From assembly GCA_050013255.1 (NCBI GenBank), contig JBEKFP010000001.1:64001-128000 (forward strand): a stretch of DNA of 64,000 nucleotides. The letters run 5' to 3'. The position numbers were made by a program, and so were the translations under genes. Under the pieces are notes generated by a model. That model searched no databases. It saw only the letters and a list, made by a program, of their open reading frames with translations, and had not been told where the DNA came from. Positions 18,900 through 29,025 of the stretch are shown piece by piece; the first letter of the stretch is position 1, and every line of letters begins with the position of its first letter. The DNA comes from Candidatus Bathyarchaeia archaeon. Its GTDB lineage: Archaea > Thermoproteota > Bathyarchaeia > 40CM-2-53-6.

Positions 18900-20294
18900 T
18901 TGAAGTCTTGGCGCACGGGTTTATATGAGCCTTGTCGCTTCCGTATCAGACAATTCAGGCGAGGCGCACAATCAACGAGCCATACGGCTTCAATCCAAGT
19001 ACAAGCGGTCAACGACATTGTCGCGCAGCTACAGGATTATGGATTAACCCGCAATGAGGCTCGCGTCCTAGTCTTCCTCGCCAAGACCGGGCCCTCAAAA
19101 GCCAGTGAAGTGGCTCGCGCAGTGCAAATCAACCGCACGGAAACTTACAGGACAATACGGAACCTTCAACGCCGTGGACTGGTGGAAGCCACGCTCGAAA
19201 GGCCGGTGCGCTTCCAATCCGTTCCATTTGACAGGTGCCTGCGCATCCTAATCGACGAGAGAAAGGCGAGGTTGAGGATTCTCGAGCAACGCGGCGAAGA
19301 TTTGCGCCGCCAATTCGATGATGTGCGCGTCGAACCTGTCAGTCAAGAAGTTGAACGATTTCAAGTAGTGGGAGGAAGGCTTCGAATTGAGCAACGATTG
19401 CACGGTATGTACACCCAAGCCCAGAAATCGATCATGACTGTTCTATCACCATCGGAAGTGATACGGGCCGATACGTCAGACCTGTTTGACTTGCTTGGAA
19501 ACGCAGCGAAGAATGGCCTTCGCGTCCGTGTGATTACAGCGATCAATCAAAGCAATTTACAAATTGTAGAGAAGTTCCGCGAGAGGATCGAGATAAGGCA
19601 TCTCGACCTAAAGGCGAAACCGATCCCTAGGGTTTCTATAATCGATGATAGTGAAGCCCTCTTCGAAATTACAACTGTCGACGAGAGCCCGAGAACCGAG
19701 GAAGAGGTTGCACTATGGATCAACAGCCGCGCCTTCGTGAGAAACCTCCAAGCCTACTTTGAGGAGATGTGGAATTCAGGCACGCCAGCTGAAGGCCGTT
19801 TAGAGGCAGTGCGAAAAGGAATACCCCCTGACGACCTTAGAATATTCAAAGGAAGACCAGAAGTAAGCGGCAAACTCAACGAGATGATCACATCAGCCAA
19901 CCAGAGCGTTGAGATATGGACGACGATGAGGGGAATCCAGGCTCTCGCGGACTTCCACTTCGGCCAGCTCAAGGAAGCAAAGGCTCGAGGAGCAAAGATA
20001 CGCATCATTGCACCCATCACAAGCGAGAATACAGAAGGTGCACGCAAGCTCGTGCCCGTCTCCGAATTACGTTATTCTGAAGCTCTTGGCCCGGCGGGAA
20101 TTGCGATTGCGGACCAAAGAGAGTTAATGCTGTTCGAGAGACTGCCCGACGACAATAACGCCGAGGTGGGCGCTGACGTGGGTTTCTGGACCAATAGTAC
20201 CCGCTTCATAGAAACTATGAGCAGAGCTTACGATGCGTTGTGGAAAGGCGTATTTGCGATTTACACGCCAAAGCGCCGCGTGCTGCGCAGCTAG
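18900..20294 (+). CDS. TrmB-family regulator with two effector-binding domains
   Basis: GLTRNEARV...TETYRTIRNLQRRGLV wHTH; two RVRVIT/KIRIIA...IID repeats; true start probably downstream. Confidence 0.88.
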   Translation: MKSWRTGLYEPCRFRIRQFRRGAQSTSHTASIQVQAVNDIVAQLQDYGLTRNEARVLVFLAKTGPSKASEVARAVQINRTETYRTIRNLQRRGLVEATLERPVRFQSVPFDRCLRILIDERKARLRILEQRGEDLRRQFDDVRVEPVSQEVERFQVVGGRLRIEQRLHGMYTQAQKSIMTVLSPSEVIRADTSDLFDLLGNAAKNGLRVRVITAINQSNLQIVEKFRERIEIRHLDLKAKPIPRVSIIDDSEALFEITTVDESPRTEEEVALWINSRAFVRNLQAYFEEMWNSGTPAEGRLEAVRKGIPPDDLRIFKGRPEVSGKLNEMITSANQSVEIWTTMRGIQALADFHFGQLKEAKARGAKIRIIAPITSENTEGARKLVPVSELRYSEALGPAGIAIADQRELMLFERLPDDNNAEVGADVGFWTNSTRFIETMSRAYDALWKGVFAIYTPKRRVLRS

Positions 20295-20357
20295 GCCATG
20301 AGCCTGTACTCCTGCGAAACCCAGCAGCTACAATTGGAGCCTTGTCGTTTGCCCAAA

Positions 20358-21218
20358 ATGAGGTTTGGATGCCAGCTTCCCCAAGACCTTGATGACTTTG
20401 ACCGCCTAGTGGACGTGGCGAAAAATTGCGAGAGGCTTGGATATGACAGCCTGTGGACCTATGACCACCTTTCACCTTTCTGGTCGCGCTCCGGCCGAGG
20501 GTTAGAGTGCTGGACCACTCTGTCGGCAATTGCTGGACGCACGGAGACCGTAAAGGTGGGTACCCTAGTTACGAACATTGCCCTACGCAATCCGAGTTTG
20601 CTCGCCAAAATGTCGAGCACCGTCGACAACATCAGCGGCGGCCGGCTCATACTCGGCCTAGGAACTGGAGACAAACTGAGTCGTAAAGAATTGAACTCTT
20701 ATGGCTATGGATTTCCAGGTCTAGATGAACGAATGGAACGCCTAAAGGAAAGCATTCTCATTCTGAAAGCCCTGTGGACAAAGAATGAAGTCACTTTTCA
20801 AGGAAAGTATTACAGGATTACAAAGGCCGTAAACGTTCCTAAGCCAAAGCAACGCCCCCATCCCCCAATCTGGATTGGAGGGAAGCATCTCAGGATTTTG
20901 GATATTGTTGCAGAGTTTGCTGACGGATGGAACCATTGGGGCCTCCGTAAGGATGAGTTGGAACGACGCAGCAGTTATCTCGCTAAGAAGTGCGCCGAAT
21001 TCGGGCGTAATCCACGCAGTATCGTCAAATCATGGTCTGGAACCTATCGGCAACTTGCTCAGCCAACAAGGAACTATTCAGAATTGGTGGAAAAGATGTC
21101 TAGGAACTTGCGGGACCAGACTGACCCGGAGACGAGTTATTTCATTGCATGTTTTGACTCGCGGGCCGAACAAGAGAGTTATCAAGCCTTTGCTGATGCC
21201 GTGAAGAGTTTGGATTAG
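20358..21218 (+). CDS. LLM-class (F420-type) oxidoreductase
   Basis: GYDSLWTYDH, RNPSLLAKM-STVDNISGGRLILGLG, P-P-QRPHPPIWIGG. Confidence 0.9.
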   Translation: MRFGCQLPQDLDDFDRLVDVAKNCERLGYDSLWTYDHLSPFWSRSGRGLECWTTLSAIAGRTETVKVGTLVTNIALRNPSLLAKMSSTVDNISGGRLILGLGTGDKLSRKELNSYGYGFPGLDERMERLKESILILKALWTKNEVTFQGKYYRITKAVNVPKPKQRPHPPIWIGGKHLRILDIVAEFADGWNHWGLRKDELERRSSYLAKKCAEFGRNPRSIVKSWSGTYRQLAQPTRNYSELVEKMSRNLRDQTDPETSYFIACFDSRAEQESYQAFADAVKSLD

Positions 21219-21225
21219 AATACCC

Positions 21226-21945
21226 ATGCACTCCCTCGATCATCATAGAATAAAGACACGTCAAGTTACGTTGGCCGCGTCCTTCGCCGCAGTCTACTTC
21301 GTGCTTCGAACCATTCCCACTTTTCAAATGGTCGGCATATCCGGCCGATTCAGTGCAGCCGATTTCCTGCTGACCACGATTGCCATGCTGTGCGGCTTAT
21401 GGGGCGGCGTACTTTCCGTAGTGATTGGGACGATCTTGGCTTATGGCTTGAGGCCCCCTATTTTCTTCGGCCTCGATTTCCTACCCGCTATCGCGAACGT
21501 AGCTATAGCTGCCCTTCTGCTCAAAGGCCGCTATAGAACAGCGCGGGGCATTTATGTCGCAATCTTTTTCGCGTTTGTACTCAGCCCGTACAGTCTGTTG
21601 TTTGAATATGGGTATGTGCCTTACACGTGGCTTCATATTGTTGCACTAATCGTTCTCCTATCACCAATAGCGGTCAAGGTTCCTGCTTGGTTGAGCGGCT
21701 ATGGTTACCGGCAGATTGTCGCCATAGGCACGTTGGCCTTTGTGGGAACAATGGGACAACACCTTGTAGGAGGACTTCTTTACGAATTAGCCGTCGGAGT
21801 GGTTGGGGGAGTTAGCCCATCAAATTTGGCTCTTACTTGGCGTATCATTTTCTTGGCTTACCCAATCGAACGACTCCTCACCGTGATCCTTTCAACGATC
21901 ATGGCGCTTGCCGTGCAGCGTTCCATCAAGAAATGGATGCCCTAG
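21226..21945 (+). CDS. Membrane protein, ECF transporter S-component-like
   Basis: 6-7 TM helices; A-FAAVY, GLWGG, HLVG, YPIER. Confidence 0.7.
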   Translation: MHSLDHHRIKTRQVTLAASFAAVYFVLRTIPTFQMVGISGRFSAADFLLTTIAMLCGLWGGVLSVVIGTILAYGLRPPIFFGLDFLPAIANVAIAALLLKGRYRTARGIYVAIFFAFVLSPYSLLFEYGYVPYTWLHIVALIVLLSPIAVKVPAWLSGYGYRQIVAIGTLAFVGTMGQHLVGGLLYELAVGVVGGVSPSNLALTWRIIFLAYPIERLLTVILSTIMALAVQRSIKKWMP

Positions 21946-21985
21946 CTTTCTTCGCCTCATAGCGAAAATGGTGATAGCTTGGAGT

Positions 21986-23098
21986 TCAGCCGATTTCTTT
22001 CAGTTTGGCTGGCAAATATTTGTCTACGATGTAGGCCAACCCGTATCGGCTGAAAGCTTCTTGTTCTGCTTTTTTCTTAACTTTCAGGAATGTTGCAATT
22101 TCATCTTTCCATAGCTTTCCGTTGTACCTAGGGTCCTTCTCAAGTTCATAGAGCCTCTTTATGTCGAGGTCTGTTAGAGGGTCGCTTGGAAGTTTGTAAT
22201 CTACGATATCAGAGGCCCACACCCCCGCCCATTTGGCGTCTGGCGTGTTTAGTTCCCGAAGGTGGGCGGCGTTTGCTGAGCCGGATATTATTACATTGGC
22301 GATGTGCATTCCCCAGGGGTCTGCGTCGCAGAAAATGTACACTGGGAGCCCCAATTCTTTGTTCAATCTTCGAAGGAGCGCTCGTGTTGCGCGCGGTGCC
22401 TGGCCTGCAGTGTGAATCAATAAAGCCTTGTACTTCTCGTGAACCCTCTCCTCAATAAAACGTGTGAAGAGCCCGCCTTTCTCGATAGCAATAATCTTGT
22501 CAGCTTTACACTCAGCAAATTCTGCGTTCGTAAGCGCTGGGCCGATCATCATCCCGTCTGGGTGCGACGATAGGTTGAGCTCCTTACCTTCATATCCGCG
22601 AACGGTATACTGGATGGTTAGATCGCCGAAGATTGCGCTACGCTCCTCAGGAAATACGTTAAAGTCCTCTCTAGAATACCCAAGAACTGTTTCAAGGTCA
22701 GTGATTATATCGTCACTTTCCGCTTGATCTGCGAAGCTCATTTCGTAAGCTTGCGCTGAGTAGAATACGTCTCTCAAGGTTGAGGTCTTCCCTTCGCGTG
22801 CCAGTTCGTCGACGAAGGACCCGGTCCAGACGAGCTGCGTTAGTGGCCTGATATGCCTTATGTTTCGGGCGCTACGCCTCACGTAATGTTCGCCGAGCAC
22901 GTATTGCCGGGTTTTTTCATCGTAGCGTATGTTCTTTATCGACCGGCTGGGCATTCGGACCGAGGGCCATTGCTTCTGGGAGAGTTGCGAGTAGATTTGG
23001 TTACCCAAAGTTTTGAGGCTGTCTAATACCAAGCCTCTTCGTTGCTCGACTCGACTAGACCTGCTCTCCTTGGTCGTCTTCACTTTCCTCTTTTTCAT
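21986..23098 (-). CDS. top6A: DNA topoisomerase VI subunit A
   Basis: TLRDVFY (catalytic Tyr), IEK, AGQAPRATR, DADPWG, KAEQEA. Confidence 0.97.
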   Translation of the reverse strand: MKKRKVKTTKESRSSRVEQRRGLVLDSLKTLGNQIYSQLSQKQWPSVRMPSRSIKNIRYDEKTRQYVLGEHYVRRSARNIRHIRPLTQLVWTGSFVDELAREGKTSTLRDVFYSAQAYEMSFADQAESDDIITDLETVLGYSREDFNVFPEERSAIFGDLTIQYTVRGYEGKELNLSSHPDGMMIGPALTNAEFAECKADKIIAIEKGGLFTRFIEERVHEKYKALLIHTAGQAPRATRALLRRLNKELGLPVYIFCDADPWGMHIANVIISGSANAAHLRELNTPDAKWAGVWASDIVDYKLPSDPLTDLDIKRLYELEKDPRYNGKLWKDEIATFLKVKKKAEQEAFSRYGLAYIVDKYLPAKLKEIG

Positions 23099-24641
23099 GC
23101 CTCAAAACACTCCTGAGTAAGGGCGAAACATCTGGGGGCTTACCCTTCTTAGCAAGCTTGGCCGAGAAAGAAGCGATCTTTGGAAGGTATTTCTGGAACA
23201 CGTCAAGCCTGTGCTTGTCATGTGCCAAGTGAATCTTTTTCGAAAGGAATAACGAGAGTCTACGTGCGACCTCACGAACTGCGTTAAGCACTTCACGTTC
23301 TACGTCGGGGCGATCGGCGATGAATTCCTTGCCCACAGTTTTGTACGGGACCTTCGTGGAACAAATGTGAACGAAAACCGCTATCGGCATCTCAGGCGAG
23401 GCTTTGTAGTGCCGCCAGTCAACCTCCGTGTTTACAACTTTCCATGATACGTCACTCGCCTCGTCGAAGAGCAACGGAATCTTATTGGCGAATCTGAAAA
23501 GCTTGATTCCTCCACCGGCCTCAATTTGCCCGCCGTAGGCGACGCCCACTTCAACAATGAATGGAAAACCGGAGTAGGCCGATGGTTTTCTTTGATAAAC
23601 GGCTACGAATTCAGGAGCGAGTTCTTTCTTGATTCCGGCTTCAAGCAATTCTTCCCCAAGCGGTGACAGGCAACTTGCATCTGGGGCTAGGAACTTGTAG
23701 TTTTTCATTGCGTTTACGATTTTGACGATCTCTTCAGGTGTCAGTTTCTTCGGGTTTTTCTTGACGGGGAGGTCTACTTGTGTCAGGAATGAGGTGGCGA
23801 TTGTGCGGCCGACTCTGTGAAAGTGAGTTTTCATGAAACCGACGAGCGTATGTTCCTTAGTTAATTCGATAAGGCGCGTGATCGTTTCGACGTCGACGCC
23901 GTACGGGTGTGGTAGGGTTTCTTGCGGCGGTTTCGGCATTTGGACTGTGCCACGATCGAACCTGTAGAGCCTGCCCCTCGGGTCTACGTAGGTTATAGTT
24001 GCGTATGGAGCGACAATCGCGGTTGCCATTAGATAGTCGAGAATCTTGGACATCGCCCGGGTGTAGTCTGCTTCGGTGGAGAATTCGACAACGGCCCCGT
24101 GCCAATGATTATCGTTTGGGTGCGTCTTGTGCTTGATAATGACTGGTTTGTTCTTTTGGATGTCAATCATCAGATCGTATTGGTGTATCTTTGTTCGACC
24201 AGTGCTGGACATGATGGTTGCTGTGCCGTGGGTCGTGACCTGGCCGTAAAGTATGGCCATCTTGCCGCCCAACCCGAAGGTTCCTCGGGTCTGTCGAAGC
24301 TTGTATTTGGATCCGTAGAGAACTTGGCCGAAGGCGGAGGGTATGATATCGTGAGGTATCCCAATGCCGTTGTCTTCAATGTGGACCCTGTAGACACCAG
24401 GCCCATCTGTCGGACCCGATTCGTGCGACACTCGCAGATAGATGTCAGGAGGAATTTCACGTGTTTCGCAGGCGTCGAGTGAATTTTCGACTAACTCACG
24501 GATAGTAGAGTAGATAGCCCTCGTTGGGTTCGTGAATCCTGCGATGTCCCGGTTACGGTAGAAGAAATCTGCCGCCGATATTTCCTGGAATACTTCTTGG
24601 AGGGCCATCAGGGTTCGCCTATCTTGTTGAAGGTGGGGCAT
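23055..24641 (-). CDS. top6B: DNA topoisomerase VI subunit B
   Basis: RELVENSLDA, EDNGIG, QTRGTFGLG, RFANKIPLLF. Confidence 0.97.
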   Translation of the reverse strand: MPHLQQDRRTLMALQEVFQEISAADFFYRNRDIAGFTNPTRAIYSTIRELVENSLDACETREIPPDIYLRVSHESGPTDGPGVYRVHIEDNGIGIPHDIIPSAFGQVLYGSKYKLRQTRGTFGLGGKMAILYGQVTTHGTATIMSSTGRTKIHQYDLMIDIQKNKPVIIKHKTHPNDNHWHGAVVEFSTEADYTRAMSKILDYLMATAIVAPYATITYVDPRGRLYRFDRGTVQMPKPPQETLPHPYGVDVETITRLIELTKEHTLVGFMKTHFHRVGRTIATSFLTQVDLPVKKNPKKLTPEEIVKIVNAMKNYKFLAPDASCLSPLGEELLEAGIKKELAPEFVAVYQRKPSAYSGFPFIVEVGVAYGGQIEAGGGIKLFRFANKIPLLFDEASDVSWKVVNTEVDWRHYKASPEMPIAVFVHICSTKVPYKTVGKEFIADRPDVEREVLNAVREVARRLSLFLSKKIHLAHDKHRLDVFQKYLPKIASFSAKLAKKGKPPDVSPLLRSVLRHEKEESEDDQGEQV

Positions 24642-24665
24642 AAAGCTGATGATGGTTGCTCCTCG

Positions 24666-25244
24666 TCACGTAGGCGGTTTCTCCCATAGCTCAAGGGTTT
24701 CTCTTTTCTTGCTCTCGCTCTTTATCTTTCTAAGCAGTTTGTACACGGTGGAATGCTGTTTACCTTTGAGTAATAGTTCAATTGCTTCCCTCGCAGCAGT
24801 CACGTCCTCATATTCGCCGATCGTAGAAATAGTATGGCCGTAGACCGAAACTTTCGCATCAGTCATTTCCTCTATTAACCTGCGAATCTTCCCCTCACGC
24901 CCAATCACCCGGCCCTTTAACCTCGCAATATCGTTTTCGTTTCTTCCGAACGTTTCCCTTAGGTCGATGATATCGAGAACGATGTCGTCATCGACAAGTT
25001 CCATAGCTCGTTCTGGCGAAAAGCCACGGCCAATCGCGAGAACCACATCGCGGGCGCGAAGGATTGTGGTCGGGTCGTCCGAATCTCCTCTGGGAACGAT
25101 TTCTACGACGCCGCCTTGGCTTTGGATTAGCAGGCGTGCTTTGAACGCGTGTTCAATCTTTCTTTTGGTGGAACCTTCCTTTCCGATAAGCACACCCATG
25201 CGCTCGAAGGGGATTGTTGTGCTAATTCGTGTCGACATCTTCAC
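24666..25244 (-). CDS. KH-domain rRNA processing protein Dim2/Pno1
   Basis: GVLIGKEG, AIGRGFSPE, GRVIGREG, HSTVY. Confidence 0.93.
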   Translation of the reverse strand: MKMSTRISTTIPFERMGVLIGKEGSTKRKIEHAFKARLLIQSQGGVVEIVPRGDSDDPTTILRARDVVLAIGRGFSPERAMELVDDDIVLDIIDLRETFGRNENDIARLKGRVIGREGKIRRLIEEMTDAKVSVYGHTISTIGEYEDVTAAREAIELLLKGKQHSTVYKLLRKIKSESKKRETLELWEKPPT

Positions 25245-26019
25245 CGGTCACCCACTTCGTCAATCTCTCGATGGGGGGTACGGTCACACCGATTCGTGAG
25301 AAATATGTGTTCATGCGAACCAAGTCCCTCTCAAGAAAGCTATGGGCCATTGGGTGTTCCGGAGGAACGGCTTGGGCAAAGTCAAAGATTACCGGTTCGA
25401 GGTCAACTAGCATTATGTTATATTCACTTAGGTCGCCGTGTACGAGTCGCGCCTTTTGGTAGAGCGTTTTTACGGCTCCAACAATCTTGTCGTAGACCAG
25501 GGCTGGGTGGTCGAGGGGGGTTTCCCTTAACAGCGGAGCGGGGGTTCCGTTTCTACCGATAAATTCCATTAGCAGCACGTTTCCCTCAACCTTCAATGCG
25601 ACCGGCACTCGGACGCCCGCGTCTCGCGCCTGTTGCAGGTTCCTGAATTCCTTCAGGGCCCAAAGGTTGACGAGCGACCTTGTATCCTTTCTAGTGTTCT
25701 TGAACCTTTCATCGCCTTTTATGTACTTCATCCTCCCGCCGACGAATTCCGCTGATGTTGTCAAGAAAATCTTAATCGCCACTAATTTTTTTCTTCGACC
25801 TACGCCCCAATACAGGCGCGATTCTTTGCCCGAGCGCACTACCCCATTGATGTTTGAGATATATCCACGGTTTAAGAGGCGATATACTATCATCAGCGTC
25901 GATTTGTCGAAGACTTCTTCGAGAGATTCCATTTCCTCGCTACGTTTATTCCTCATTAGCCGTTTTTCCTCGTAGCGTGCAACCTTACGGCGTAGCTTCT
26001 GCTCGGCTAAGGACTCCAC
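25222..26019 (-). CDS. rio1: RIO1-family kinase
   Basis: SGKES, AIKI, W--KEFRNL, LVHGDLSEYNI, IFDFAQAV. Confidence 0.95.
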   Translation of the reverse strand: MESLAEQKLRRKVARYEEKRLMRNKRSEEMESLEEVFDKSTLMIVYRLLNRGYISNINGVVRSGKESRLYWGVGRRKKLVAIKIFLTTSAEFVGGRMKYIKGDERFKNTRKDTRSLVNLWALKEFRNLQQARDAGVRVPVALKVEGNVLLMEFIGRNGTPAPLLRETPLDHPALVYDKIVGAVKTLYQKARLVHGDLSEYNIMLVDLEPVIFDFAQAVPPEHPMAHSFLERDLVRMNTYFSRIGVTVPPIERLTKWVTGEDVDTN

Positions 26020-26051
26020 CTATATCACCAAACAAGCTCATCTAATGATGG

Positions 26052-26357
26052 CTAAGCAACCAGACGGCCCTGGTTTCTTAGCCAGTTTGATTGGCTTTCC
26101 GTGTACCGCCAGAGGATGTCGCCCCTCGAGTCGGTTTGGAAATCCCATGGGGCGACCAAGACCGTGTCGCCGACTTTGATCCAGACTCGGCGCTTCATCT
26201 TGCCGCGGATACGGCACACTCTTTCGTGGCCATCTCCACATTTGACCATAAGCCGATCGTAGCCCAGCATCTGGGTTACGATTCCGAGCAGTTGCCCCTC
26301 GTCAGGCATGACCATTTCCCGGAGATCCCCTTCACTCAGAACCTTCTTTTTACCCAC
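26052..26357 (-). CDS. eif1a: Translation initiation factor aIF-1A
   Basis: [26 protein letters not shown]. Confidence 0.97.
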   Translation of the reverse strand: [101 protein letters not shown]

Positions 26358-26448
26358 ACTCTTCCACCGAGGTTACGGCGCGATAATAATTCGGCCAGCC
26401 TAAATAAGGCTATTAGACTTTTGCCAGCGTTTCCCCTTTCAGCGTAAT

Positions 26449-26760
26449 TCACATGCGAACTATTTGGACGTGCGGAACGCCGCCGATATGGACGATTGCG
26501 GAAGGACTTACGAATCCCTTCTGAACTGCAGCTTCGACTATGCCCTCGCCGACTAGGTTGGCTATGTCAGCCGCACCGATCGCCTGAAGAGCGTCGTGGA
26601 TATTGGTGGAAACGCCCCTGTAGAAATCTACCTTTACCTCTAGCTTCAACTTTCCCTCGCGAAAGATTGCCCCGAGTAGTTCGGAATCGCAGGCGGCTAC
26701 GAGAGTATACTTTGTGTCCTTGAAAACACGGAGATAAACCTGATTCAAGTAGGGGTACAC
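26449..26760 (-). CDS. DUF424 family protein
   Basis: LVAACDSELLG, FY-G, ANLVG, IGGVPHVQ; start placed after the aIF-2beta stop. Confidence 0.85.
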   Translation of the reverse strand: MYPYLNQVYLRVFKDTKYTLVAACDSELLGAIFREGKLKLEVKVDFYRGVSTNIHDALQAIGAADIANLVGEGIVEAAVQKGFVSPSAIVHIGGVPHVQIVRM

Positions 26761-26764
26761 TTTC

Positions 26765-27175
26765 TCAGACGGGAAGTATGGAAGACTTCGCGCCGCAGGC
26801 TTCACAGCGGAGGAAAAGGTACCGCCCCTCTTTCTCAATCTTCGTGTCAGGCCGATTGCATATGGGGCAGATTACATACCGCTGGGCGTAAATGTTGAGA
26901 AGCCGCGTAACGGTTCCAACATCGAACCTGCCCTGGAATATCGCCCTCGCCCCATCCAGGGATGCAGCAGTCGCGAGTTCTCTGGATAGAAACTTGAGCA
27001 AATGGTGAGGCTCACGGTTGATCTTGTTGCTTATATCACCAAAATTCTGAATAATAGTTCTCCTACCCATCCGTATACCAACGACTCTCGGTATCTCGAA
27101 CCTTTCCCCCGTTCCAGCTGCCTTAGGCAGGTTGGCATAGGCTCGTTCAAGTAGCTTGTTGTAATCTCCGCTCAA
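26765..27175 (-). CDS. eif2b: Translation initiation factor aIF-2 beta
   Basis: ERFEIP, HLLKFLSREL, CPICNRPDT, CEACGA. Confidence 0.96.
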   Translation of the reverse strand: MSGDYNKLLERAYANLPKAAGTGERFEIPRVVGIRMGRRTIIQNFGDISNKINREPHHLLKFLSRELATAASLDGARAIFQGRFDVGTVTRLLNIYAQRYVICPICNRPDTKIEKEGRYLFLRCEACGAKSSILPV

Positions 27176-27375
27176 GGTTGATTTCCAGCGGTAGATTATG
27201 AACAGCCATATTTCTTCGTTCCCCTTTGGGAAAGATATGTTAATGTGGTTACGGGGAGGCTAGCTTGAGGAAGCTGTCGGAGGGGCCGCATCTAAAGGTC
27301 ATCACAAAAAGGCACGAGAAGAACTCACTGCTTTCGAGTTCTTTGGAATGCGGGGCCGGCTGGAGATGGTCATGA

Positions 27376-29010
27376 ATGGGTAAATGGATTATCAACTCTG
27401 CTTGGCCTTACGTAAATTCAGTTCCCCACCTTGGAACATTCATCCACCTCCTCAGCGCGGACGTCTACACCAGATACCTCCGCCTCAAAGGCGAAGAAGT
27501 TATAGCAGTAACTGGCTCGGACGAGCATGGAACACCGATTGAGGTAGAAGCGATAAGCAAAGGTGTCCCACCGAAGCAGTTGACGGATGAAATTCACAAG
27601 CAAATCTGCAACTTGTTAGATGTGTACAATATACGATTTGACAATTACACAAGGACCGAAAACCCCGTCCACATCCGGTATACCCAAGACCTCTACCGAA
27701 AAGTATACGCGAATGGTTATGTGTATACGGAAAATGTCAACCTACCTTACTGTGAAAGGGACCAAAGATTCCTCCCCGACCGCTTTGTTGAAGGCACGTG
27801 CCCCCACTGCGCGTACGAACAAGCTAGGGGAGACCAATGCGAATCATGCGGCCGCGTACTAGACCCACTTGAATTAATCCGCCCAAAATGCGTTTTTTGC
27901 GGCTCAACGCCTACCGTTAAGTCGTCAACACACTGGTTCTTTGACCTCCCGAAGTTCCGGGATAAGCTCCTAAGACTAGTCCAAGAAAACAAACAGCTCC
28001 CGGAGAACGCCCGCAACTTCTCACTAAAATGGCTCGAAGAAGGACTCAAACCTCGAGCATTAACTAGAGACAACAAGTGGGGGATTCCAGCACCGTTTCC
28101 TGGAGCGGAAGGAAAAACCATCTACGTCTGGTTGGAAGCCGTCCTAGGCTACGTTTCAGCATCGATAGAATGGGCGGAAAAATCAGGAAAGCCCGATGCT
28201 TGGAAGGAATTTTGGTTCGACAAGCAGACCAAAAACGTGCATTTCATCGGGAAGGATAACATACCCTTCCACGTGATCATTTTTCCAAGCCTCCTCCTAG
28301 CCACGCATGAGGACTATGTGCTGCCATGGCAAGTCTCCTCAACCGAATTCATCTTGTTTGAGGGGCAGAAATTCTCGAAGAGCAAGAAGGTAGGAGTCTG
28401 GATTGATGAAGCGTTGAAAGTTGCCCCGGCCGAGTATTGGCGCTACATACTCATCGCTATACGACCGGAAGCTCGAGACGCAAACTTCACGTGGCGTGAC
28501 TTCGAAGCCCATATCAACAGCGAACTAAACGATGTACTCGGAAACTTCGTTCACCGCACCCTCACATTCGTCAACAACCAGTTCGATTCAAAAATCCCCG
28601 AGCCGCACGAGCTGGACGAGAAGGATGAGGCTTTGAAGAATCGAATAGAGTCATCACCGTTGAAGGTTGGCTCACTGTTCGACCAATTCCAGTTGAGGAG
28701 TGCCCTTGGAGAAATCATTGAACTTGCCCGGGCAGGTAATCAATACCTTAGTGAACGGGAACCCTGGCACCTCATAAAGAAGGACAAAGACAAAGCGTCT
28801 ACAACGCTTTACTTCGCCACGCAACTCGTCGGATCGATTAGCATCCTAATTTCCCCCGTCCTTCCGGAAACGGCCCAGCACATACGCGATCAACTCAACT
28901 TGACACATGATGTGAAGTGGTCGGACGCGGGAAAACTTGAGTTGGAAGTCGGCCACATCATAGGGAAAGCCACACCGCTCTTTCACAAGGTTTCAGCTCC
29001 AGCCCAGTGA
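27376..29010 (+). CDS. metG: Methionine-tRNA ligase (short form without C-terminal tRNA-binding domain)
   Basis: AWPYVN-VPHLG, GSDEHGTP, Zn knuckles, YVWLEA, GKDN, KFSKS. Confidence 0.97.
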   Translation: MGKWIINSAWPYVNSVPHLGTFIHLLSADVYTRYLRLKGEEVIAVTGSDEHGTPIEVEAISKGVPPKQLTDEIHKQICNLLDVYNIRFDNYTRTENPVHIRYTQDLYRKVYANGYVYTENVNLPYCERDQRFLPDRFVEGTCPHCAYEQARGDQCESCGRVLDPLELIRPKCVFCGSTPTVKSSTHWFFDLPKFRDKLLRLVQENKQLPENARNFSLKWLEEGLKPRALTRDNKWGIPAPFPGAEGKTIYVWLEAVLGYVSASIEWAEKSGKPDAWKEFWFDKQTKNVHFIGKDNIPFHVIIFPSLLLATHEDYVLPWQVSSTEFILFEGQKFSKSKKVGVWIDEALKVAPAEYWRYILIAIRPEARDANFTWRDFEAHINSELNDVLGNFVHRTLTFVNNQFDSKIPEPHELDEKDEALKNRIESSPLKVGSLFDQFQLRSALGEIIELARAGNQYLSEREPWHLIKKDKDKASTTLYFATQLVGSISILISPVLPETAQHIRDQLNLTHDVKWSDAGKLELEVGHIIGKATPLFHKVSAPAQ

Positions 29011-29025
29011 TGGTGGCCCTAAAAG

